In this document: one piece after another, positions 53,693-64,000 of the stretch | How the letters are laid out: each line of letters begins with the position of its first letter | Numbering within the stretch: the first letter of the stretch is position 1 | NCBI GenBank assembly: GCA_002633005.1 | Contig: NMRA01000183.1 | Location: forward strand, 692,942 to 756,941 | Length of the DNA stretch: 64,000 nucleotides | Direction: 5' to 3' | DNA from: Phoronis australis | Lineage: Eukaryota; Animalia; Phoronida | Translations under genes and position numbers: made by a program | The notes under the pieces: generated by a model | Seen by the model: only the letters and a program-made list of their open reading frames with translations | What the model was told of the DNA's origin: nothing | Databases searched by the model: none

Positions 53693-56600
53693 TATTGGAA
53701 GGATTATTCCATTGCTTTACGCAGCTGCACATTGCTGCGTTGCTTATAAAGTTCAAACGCGTACAGTGTTTTCTAGAATGCGGTACCAATTCATAGCGAA
53801 TCCACAGACCCGTTTAAATACAACTGAATGTTTAGGGCCTACCTTGTGAATTTGGAAAAAGCATTGTTACCGTATGTGTTCGAAGACATTTATGTTTAAG
53901 TCACATTTCAGGTTGCCAAGACGACCCAAGCGAAAAAATATACTCGGTATATTCGAAAATGGAGGTAAGCTGCTCAGTCTTCATTGGTGAGGTTCTTCCA
54001 AGAATCTGCTACAATGAACATCACCGCAAGAAGTGCTGTGCTTCGTGCCGAGCGAACGGGTATTCTTAAGGTGGGGTACGTTGAGTTGGAGTTTTAAAAA
54101 CGTTACTATTTCAGAAAGATTCAGAGGTTTCGAAGGAAACATTTTGGTCTTTAATTGCCAGTTTAAGGAGTTAAAACTTTATTTTAAAAGGTAATAATAT
54201 TACGTGCATTGCTATCTTTGGAATATTCGTAGACGTTTAAAGCTACAACTTTAATGATAGAATTCTGTTTGTTTCAGTTGAAAGCTCTCCACCAAGTTGG
54301 AACTAGTTAATGAAGGAACTATAATCGGGATTCCCTGTGTTACATGAAATGCTCACATACTGTGTACCATTAAGCCTTTTTCTTACAAGAGGATCAATAA
54401 ATCAATATTTTCACGAGTGATCGTTTGTCATTTCATCTTCATAATCGCTGACCAATAACACTCACCCACACTATCAGAAAAACGATGGAGACATTTTCAG
54501 TAACAAGTTTCCTAATAGATGCGATCTGAGTTTCCCAAATAAGGAAAGCTGTCTTTGGGACCCAAATTCGACTTCTTCCAACGCTAAGAGCCAAGATCGT
54601 CACCGAGACTCACTTGGTTGTCCCAAGTTACACAAATCACCACCATTTCACTACCCCGCCTTCTCGAATTTTACTCATTCTTGTTTGGATTCCTTAGGCA
54701 TTCTTGATAAGAGGGGAACATATTGCATTAATTCCGTGTGGACCCACCATTATTTCGACTGAAGTATTCCTCTACGGTTATGACCGTTACTCTGAGTCAA
54801 ATACTATCCCAGATGTTGCCAGAAGGTGTGTCAACATACATGTACATAAATACATATTCGAGGTAATAGATACTTAATTATAATGAGTAGCCTCCATTTC
54901 TTCAAAAATAGCTGATATTTGGAAGACCTCACCCACACTCCTGTGCATTTAGCATCATATCTGTCTTGATGTTACAGTGAAGACACACACATTTTCCTAA
55001 TGTAGGACCCCGTATTATTTCAATTTGACATTGTTTGGGTTACTTGACAATGCACTTTAAGAAAAGTATACCAAAAATAAAGATGTTCTTATTCCTAATT
55101 CAATATTCAGAAATATGACTGAATTTCATTTGATGTGATTGTTCAACGATGAAATCTCAAAAACTATGTTACTGGTTTGTGAAATATCTGTTTGTCGTTT
55201 TCATTTTTTTCTGCAACGTGTTGAAACGAGTGTACAGCAGCCCGAATAACGAACCCCATTTAGCGCCAAAAACTTGAGGAGGCGCCCCCACCAACCGCAG
55301 TCCATGACATCATCGACTCATCGCATTTGGCTTTCACCGTGTCCCCGTGGTATAGAAATCAGCGATGGCTGGCCGTGTAATTTAGTACGACGTACGTTAA
55401 ATATCAAAGATCCACTTTATTGTTCATTTCATGTCAATTAATATTCAAATTAATCAAAATCATTATCTTTAGAGCTTGTTGTTCAATTACATGTAACTGG
55501 CACACATTCTAATACGGGCCCTTATGTTAATCCCGGGATGACTGGAGTCGCCTAAACAGTAGAAAAAAATCAAAAATCAAAACGCTTTGTCGGAATTTTT
55601 ATCAGGCAATTTCACAGTGTTTATTATAAACTGTAGTTTGTTTGATGTAAACATTTGAATGTTAGGAACTTTGCATTCGTGTGTCTTTGAAGCCGATGTT
55701 GTTTACCCTGTGCAAGTCTGATACGCTGGTGCCGCTGTTGAGTGTGTCCCGTATTGGAATTGACAACAATAGGCCGTTCAACTTCTTGCAAATTACATGG
55801 AAAAGTTACAACACATATTAGATTGATCTTTTTGTACAAATCACATACTCAAATTGATTGAAAATCTTATATAAGAAACTTAAATTTCAAAACAATTCGC
55901 TTTGAAATCCTGCAAAGCGTAGTCGTCGGCATTTTCAATGAAGACTCTGTCAACCTTGCACAAAGATTGAAAAAATCATAGCAACACATCTTTATGAGTA
56001 TCTGTAATATAGTAAAACTATGACATCAAGTCCCGATTGCATGATAGCATACCTACAATGTAATTATAAGGATTTGAATTCAATGAAACATCTTAAGTAT
56101 CAGTCCACGGATACACCGACCACAGTACAAACAACAAGCGGCAAGGTGAGGGAGGGGTCAGTCATTCAAAACCATGTTTAGTCTAATAAATCGCATTAAA
56201 GATGAGAAAAATTGGGTAAAGTGTGACACCACAAAGTGTGACACCGCAAAGTGTGGGGGTTTGGGGGATACTAATGGGGTAAAATGTGGCAATTTCTTGA
56301 TGCGGAATGAGTCATTTTTGACTACATTTTCTATTGCAGTTTCTGCTTCAAACAGAATCATTTCTGAATAAGTTTGGTATCACATGATAGGTTCATGACC
56401 AAAACGGCAAAAACGGCACTGACACTAAAATATCGGTCCCATGGTAACACGGGAACTGTTTCCGTGGAGGTACATTCATGCTTGTGAAAAACCTGCAGTA
56501 AGTTATACCCTTGTAGCGAATCTGCACCCGCGAGAAAAATGAAAATAATAGCATGGGAACGTAGAAGACTCCATCCCCTTGAAATTCTTACTTGATAACA

Positions 56601-57867
56601 GGAGTCTTTATTCCACTATTTTCAGACCGCACATTTGTGTATTTTTCATGTTAAACCAGTCACTAGTTGTGCGCCGTTTGTACGCATTTTAAAAATGCCG
56701 TGGTATAATATAACAATTAACAGGATTGCTGTGCTTAACTGTATTTAATTAATTTTAAGGACACAAGCCGTTCCCACTAAAATGTGACATTATACTAGAT
56801 TTGTTCATCTAACTCATTGAATACCAAACTACAGCACACACTGCGTTAGTTAAATGATGCTGTTCAAAAGTGCAGGTTAGCGACATTAGCCATTTATCTG
56901 GGACTGCCAATGGCATCAAATGTGGTACTTTTACAAAATGCCGAGAGAAGCAAGTTTAAATCTTGGGAAGTGCACAAGGAACTAAGCGAGACATTTGAGA
57001 ACCTTAAAAGTGAGGGGAGGGGAGGTGAAGAGGTGGAACGTGTCCTCCTGAGTAGTCTGTCCGCCTCGGAGAGGTGCAGCAGGGGCTATATAATCTAACG
57101 TAGTAGATTCACTTCCATCGATAGAACCATCGACATATATTGGCGTTGCCAAATACACTGAGTACATCCGCTGTGCGCAAGAGGAGAAATCCGGCAGAGG
57201 TCTGAAAATGACGAAAGACGTAAAGTCATGGTTCAACGTCCTGCTTCGCCTGCGTGAGCTCAGGTAGGAATCAACAAAGTCCAGGGTTCTAACCCTGAGA
57301 AAGATTTTTAGGAGCACGTCATTGATGCATAATTACTTTTATTCACGCAATGTGATTGCTTATAACTTGGGCCTTATTGCTTAATCATATCTTATTTGTG
57401 TGTTGTTACACAAGTTCTTGACTGCAGAGTTGAACAACTGGTCAAAATGAATGCCATACCAACAGTGCTAGCAATATCCTGGTTAATATGTTTGGTGGTT
57501 AAGTTCAGGACGCTTAGGACTGCAATAGTTACCCTATATCACAGAGCTGTTGTCCTGCGCTGTCATTCGGTTGTGGTCCTCGAATCCTTCTCTTCGGTTA
57601 CAATGAAGGTAAGCGCCACTCAATGGCCACTATGTTTACTAATCTGAAATTAAGTTCCATTGACATAGAAAATAGGTAGTCATCATAACTTTTCATAATA
57701 ACCACAAAGTGTGTTTAATCATTTTACATGACTTAAGGTAAAAAACAGGATGGTAGTTAGTTAGGGTGGGGACATCATGTACGGTTGCATTGGGGATATT
57801 AAAAGGTCTTTCTAGAAACTGCTTAGCAAATACATAAGTATACAGTGGCTGCTACTCAAGAACACTA

Positions 57868-60800
57868 CAGTAACCCCTCTATTAAGGCTCTGTTGTTTTC
57901 ATTTTGGTTGATCCCTATAGCCTATGACTGTGAACATGCAACAACAGATATTTCCAACACAGCTGATTGACAATAACTATGAATTTTCAGGGATATGCAG
58001 AAGGTGCCAGACAAAACAGGCTGTGAAATTTCAGAGTGAGTCAAAAAAGCGTGTTTGATTTGAAGCCCATGGGTACTACAGTACAAAAGTAGTTGTAAAA
58101 ATCTGTAACAAATTTTATTTTGTAATTTCTTAAAATCGGTCCATTATTTTATGTTTCAATCTTATTAAAAGAAATATGATGCACAACTCATGCATTTCAC
58201 AATGAACAGTGACACACGGATAATTTATTATTTAAATCCGTCTCATTATTTTCTAACATGTAATGTGCCATACTTCTGCTTTATACCTTTGTCCTACTGT
58301 CATTACACAGAAATTCATTTCGTAAATTTTTATTATCAAATCCGAATGACTTATATGTATGTGTAATGCCTTTACTTTAGCTTGGTATTCATATTTTCTG
58401 AGCCAAAATGGCCACAATAAATTTAACAAGTTTAACTTTTTCATTAATACATTCTTAGGAATCAGGAAAGGCTTATGCCGGATTGGCTTCTGTTGAAGTC
58501 GACTGCTGATTATTAGTAAAGGTTGGGTGTGGAAAAGTTCAAAACCAGCAAGAATTTATCCTTAACCGTTGAAAAAATCCTTCTGAACAACTAAGTGAGG
58601 GAGCTAGAGAGAAAGGCTGAAAAGTCTATTCCCAGATGTGTTGAAGAGGATTTGTAACTTGAGGAACGAGTCGGGGAAAAAGTATTTGCCAAAGATTACT
58701 GGCTTATACCATAACAGGTCTAAAGTAATCTGTTGAGATAGGCAACTCTCTGCAAATGTGGGAAACTGGAACAGTTGGATGTAGGAAATATTACAGAGGA
58801 AGTGGAGTATGTACTGGAAAGAGGCAATCTGCGTTTTAAGGTCGTAAAGGATGTAAAAATTACAAACGAGGAAACAGTACAGTGTCCGGACCTGCAAATA
58901 CTCTGGCTGACCTGCTAAATCCAGTGGTGGCATTGTTATGTCAGCACAGCTTTGTAGGGAAGTTTGCTTGTGTGTTGTTGCAAGCTTTGTTTCCACAAAA
59001 ACTGTTGTGCGAACAGCACAAATTAATCTACATTTTCCTGGATCGAATTTTTGTCCAGCATGGGATCATGCTCTTGGGTTAGTAGATTAAGTTGGTACAG
59101 TCACATGGTTATGGCACATTATTCTTTAAGTTTAGCCTCTACATTTTGTGGTCTGATTGGGTTTCTCAGTGTGGCCATTAAATTTAGAAGTTTGTTTCGG
59201 GATTTCTGACCACTGTAATGTTTTTTCTTTGAAATTATGTAACTGGCTTGAATTTATGTTTTCCCATTTTATTTACCATTGTGAATTTTTGTTTGTAAAT
59301 GAGTTTTCAATACTGAAATTTGAGCCCCTGTTGCAGTTTGGCTGGTTTTGTTCACGTGTTTTTCTGTCTGGTTTGCAAACCCACATTCCGTCCAGGAGGT
59401 AAAGTTCTGATTTAGACCATTCACCTCTATAAACTTTTCTCATTTTATTCCTTATCCATATGGGAAGTGATTTCTGGAATTGCAAATTGACAGTTTGCTG
59501 TTCCTTGAGACCATGCTGTGTGCATAAAATCACACACTATTAGACACGCCATCTTATAGAGATGTCCACGTCAAGTGGTTTTCTGTTGCAGTAATGAAAA
59601 GTGTGGGCACGTTAGATCTGGTAACTCCGTGGTTTTTGGTGAATTGACCATTTTATGGTTCCCATGAGTAATTTGGTAACCGGTCTAGTATTTATGTACA
59701 ATCGTAATGGCAAGGGAATTGTAATACAAACCATGTTGCAAAAGTGTTTTTCCTTGACCATTTCCTTGCAAAAATGCTGTCTAATTGGAACCGACAAGCC
59801 AATTTTTCATTTTGGGGTGGTCATTTGTTAATAATAACATGTGGTACATAATTCTCAGTACAAAAAGCCATCTCAAGTTTGTACAGAAGAAGAAATTTAG
59901 AGAGTTTCCAGCGACAATGTCAAATCCTTTCAGTTTCGTAGTGAGACTACATCACCTTAAGTGTTATTCCCTGACTTTATGGGTTTTGTGTGGTTGACTC
60001 TGTCCTGTATCAATTGGATAGTTGAAAAAGTCTAGAAGGTATTTGTTTATTGTATTAATAACATTTGCACTTTTGACTGTACAGATATCCTTGTATTGTA
60101 TTATGAAAACATCACAAGGAATAGTTTCAACTGAGGTGAGTTCTCTGTGGGGTAGATAACTTTCAAATGAGAAAAGGAATAAAATTGTCAAACATTGTGT
60201 TACTTTAGGTGTGTGATCTTCCATTAAGTTAGTACTTTTGAAAAACCAGTGCAAAATTTGAGTTTTGTTCTTCATTAAAAAGATAATAAATCCCTAAACC
60301 TGCATTGTTGTCTAGAACTTTTATTGCATATTTAGGGTTGGGGATGGGAATCTAAATACAATGGAATCTGAACCCAAACTATGACCAATACCTACACGAT
60401 ACATGGATATGAAAATTTGGTGTTTAGGTTCCATGGGAAGGCTTCATGTGCGCGGTAAGAGTTACTGAGGTGCGTGATAAGTGTTTGTGGATAGTTTGGG
60501 ATTCCTCTTCTGTGGTCATCTACGAGAAAGCCGGTTGTATAGAGAACAATAGTGTAGTATATTCATTTTTCTTGTTGTTATAATAAAGATAATGGCAAGC
60601 ATTTATCGGCAACGGCCTGATGTGCACCCAAGGTTCTATTTCCATGTGACCTGTGTTGTTGTATCCAACAATGACACAACGAAGGAAAACTATCATACGA
60701 CCGATGAGCAATACACATGCGACGAGTTCCCATGGCCACTGGTGGAGTTTGTCTTGTGGTTCGAATGTTTTCAGAAAACTGCAAACCCGGTATTTCGTCA

Positions 60801-61160
60801 GGAAAACAAGACTTCTGCGGCCTTTTGTTTCATGTCGTACAAACAAATTGTGGTCATGCCACTAAACTTGCCATTCATTTGATATTGTAATGTATTGCCT
60901 AAATATTGTAATGTATTGCCTAAATATTTAATCAGCAGAAAATCTGATTGGAATATGTGTGAAGAAATACCAAAAATGGCTGACGAAGTTTGTATTTTAT
61001 TAAATGAAAGTAACATTTTTGTCAACATTTTGGCCACGTTTCATTCTCATAGCAGTGCGCGCAAATTTGGTGTAGCAATGTGTTAAACATAACCTCAAAA
61101 TGGTATACATTGTAAGGGTAGGGAATGTAGTAAAACTACTGTACTAAAAGAGGGTTACCG
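57868..61160. mobile_element. Candidate non-autonomous pogo/Tc1-like element flanked by TA
   Basis: Left end TA|CAGTAACCCCTCTATTAAGGCTCTGTTGTTTT. Right end in reverse complement TA|CGGTAACCCTCTTTTAGTACAGTAGTTTT. About 30-bp imperfect TIR. No transposase recognised inside. Confidence 0.45.
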
Positions 61161-62386
61161 TAGTAAATCTGTATCATTTTCTTCAAGACATCTGTGTCAC
61201 TGGCATCACTTTACAATGTCATGTGAATAAGAGTTTAATAGCTTTCATTCAAGGAAAAATATAAACGGTTAAATTTGGACAGCATTTACAGCGCGAAAAC
61301 ATGACTGCAAAGTCGTAAAATGTGTTTGAGCCCATAACTTTGGAAGAATGTAATATTTTGGGGAAATGTTTTACCACTGCTTATAGATTCCATGTGTCAA
61401 ATATTGTGAACATCGGCTGCTCCCACCTTGCCTCTGGATGGCTTGTGCTCTCGTGTACTACCACTTAAATTCAATCAAACAGGATATGGGTCGTCCGTAT
61501 CGGGAATTCGATTTCGGGCCGGAACAGTAACACGAACCGTCGAAGTGTGCACAGCAGATCTTGTAGCCAGCTAGATGTTTGAAGACTCGCCAAAATACAG
61601 CTAGGTACCACTGAACACTAAATATACTACACGTATTTATTTTGTCGATAGTCTTCATACAGCTTGATAGTTGGCTAGATACCACTGAGTGTTCAGGGCT
61701 GAAAGACACCCTTTGTTTGACGAGTCAACTGCCCTCTCGAACTTCCTCGGATATGCCAGTCCGGGTCGTGACGTCGTTTGATTTGTAGTTTGGGTGTGTA
61801 GGTGTCGCGGAACCCAGGACCATTCAGTAATTTGTTACTATGTGTATTTAGACCCAGGAGGGTACTCCACTTTTTTGACAGGACGTGCCTCAGAGAAATT
61901 AACATTCCGACACATTTACATTATCAGAGCGGCAAATACGGATCCTTTAAAGAGTTAGTCCAATTGAAAGGGACCCATTTGTTGGGACTTTTACAAAAAA
62001 TACCCTTCCGCAGAGATTTGTTCCAGTAATGCAACCCACAGAAGGTTTATCTATTGAAACAACACGTTGGACTTTAATTGTTTAAACAAAAAAATCTAAA
62101 ATAGAATGTGAACCCTTCTGTAGAGTCCTGTTGCGAAAGTGAACCCTTTGTACAGTTCCTAACCCATAAAGTGAACCCTTTTGTACCGTTCCTAACCCAT
62201 AAAGTGAACCCTTTTGTACAGTTCGTAACCCATAAAGTGAACCCTTGTGTACAGTTCCTAACCCATGAAGTGAAACCTATGAAACCTTTTGTACAGTTCC
62301 TAGCCCATAAAGTGAACCCTTTTGTACAGTTCCTAACCCATAAAGTGAACCCTTTTGTACAGTTCCTAACCCATAAACTGAACCCT
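59810..62386 (+). repeat. Source copy of the ~2.57-kb duplication at 44541-47115
   Basis: Near-identical to 44541-47115. Sequence context continues coherently on both sides in this copy. Confidence 0.95.
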
Positions 62387-62503
62387 CTCGAAGGAAAATT
62401 TGCCGGAAAAGGCACGTTTTGTTACGGAAACCGCTCGTGAAAAAAAACAACGATGTGAGAAGTCCGTCGCGTATAGCTCATCTATGTTAGTACCCCTACC
62501 TCC
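61854..62503. mobile_element. MITE carrying an internal 33-bp minisatellite, with 9-10 bp TSD (Mutator-like by TSD length)
   Basis: GTATTTAGAC at 61844-61853 and 62504-62513 flanks CCAGGAGGGTACT...AGTACCCCTACCTCC. Confidence 0.8.
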
Positions 62504-63908
62504 GTATTTAGACATTGGTGCGTTTTCGAGTTGGACATGTAGATGAATTGGTCACTGATTGGAGATATCTACAATTTTCCCCTCGAAGACGAGTATATGT
62601 ACGTGACAACAAAACTTGTCAGATGGCCTTGATTGCTTGTCCTGATTATGATGTTTCTGACATCAAATTATGTTCAATTTGAAAAATTTCGTTGTTTTTA
62701 TTTCCCCCCCCTTACTCAGTGGCTGGCTAAGCTTTCCTACAAGGACAGTACACGGATGTCGAAAAAAAAATGCAATTTCTGATATTTTCCTCCCCGTCCA
62801 TGTTTATTTTGGCTTGTTAGAAAAGAAACAAAAAATAAAAATAAAATGATCGTTGAGTTTCGAGAAAAGTTACAGCGTACCACATAAATTAAATCATACT
62901 TATTGATTGACTTGCTCTCTCACAGGATCGCGTCCGAGCTAGATGGGCTATTTTGGTTGTTGGTTGTGTTGTTGGGGTTGCTTTTGTGATATCGGCCACC
63001 AAATCTTGCTATTTTACCAAAAATACTGTACAACCACGATTGTTGTTTGGCAATTGACCAGGCGCAGAGTCCAGATTTTTGGAAGGATGGGGCCCACCAA
63101 ATTATTTGATATGAATAAAATACATGTCCTACAGACAATGAACTAGTTGAGGTCATTCATTGCCACTTTTTATCCTCCTCCCCAACCGTCTTCCTCTTCG
63201 TCATCACTTATCTGCCTAAGCCCCCCCCCACCCCTTATCCTCTAATAACGTAGCCAACACGCCCCACATTTTCAGTCATGGAATGCTATTCACACTGTGG
63301 GTTTGGTTTATCGGGAAGTCCAATGTAGTAGCAAGTCAGTGGTTAGTGCACCTTGGGTGGTTTATCTCCCAAATACTGAGTAGAGCACTATAGTGGGGGG
63401 CTGCCGTACTTTCAAGCTGGAGAAGTTTTCACCCTAATCAAAGCAAAGCCAAAAACCATAAAATTTCTAAAACAAACCTTAACAGCTGAGTTATAGCTCG
63501 GAAAACATCGTGATGAGCTCCAGTAGACTTCAAAATTCCACACCGGCCAGGTAGTTCTGTTTGTCACCTCATTGTGGACATCATTTCTACATGTAGTACA
63601 TATAACAACCGGTCGCGGACAATGCAAAAACTTGTACTCGCCGACACTCACCTTGTCCATTGCAGCTATTTAGGTGGTAAAAAATCTAATAAACGTCATT
63701 TTCTTGCATAACACTCTGCCTTTTTTTAACAAAGAAAAGTTTGTGGTCGTTTTGAAAACATTACACCGTGACACGTACGCACATATGCCATATCCTAATT
63801 GTTTGTTACATTTCCCAGAAGACGGTGACAGCTTCGAAACAGCAAAGTTTGTTCTGAAATTCGGTTTGTTGACATCATAGGCTCTCCTGAAGACCATGCC
63901 AGTATCTT

Positions 63909-64000
63909 CAATGGTGGATTCAGAGGACAGCTAAGGGGCCATGGCCCCGGCCCCCTAAAACGCTACAAGATCAATTGGCAGTTGGGGGGGGCAGGGGGTG
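63909..64000 (+). mobile_element. Start of another CAGTGGCGGATCCAG-type MITE, cut by the window edge
   Basis: CAATGGTGGATTCAG...GGGGCCATGGCCCC resembles the termini at 39064 and 40059. Confidence 0.55.

Overview
AT-rich eukaryotic (metazoan, probably marine invertebrate) DNA made almost entirely of decayed and nested transposable elements. I can support no intact protein-coding gene, rRNA, bona fide tRNA or CRISPR array, and nearly all ORFs in the supplied track are spurious or TE fragments. Supported content: a Merlin transposon nested in a non-autonomous Merlin with an 8-bp TSD, plus an uninterrupted paralog of the host; a decayed L1/Tx1 LINE; three AcademX remnants, one with both TAG...CTA termini and a 3-bp TSD; two CAG-terminated elements with 5-bp TSDs (hAT5-like); an internally deleted Ingi-like LINE; a decayed BEL/Pao LTR element; Kolobok-, pogo- and Mutator-like non-autonomous elements; three minisatellites (33, 34, 36 bp); a probable haplotype-overlap assembly artefact around a single N; and a recent ~2.6-kb duplication. 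The most notable signal is the palindrome TACATGTA, with at least 26 copies against about 2 expected. Comparisons within the window show it as a clean 6-bp insertion at a TA, as expected for Tc1/mariner/pogo excision footprints. All alignments were done by eye and no database searches were run.
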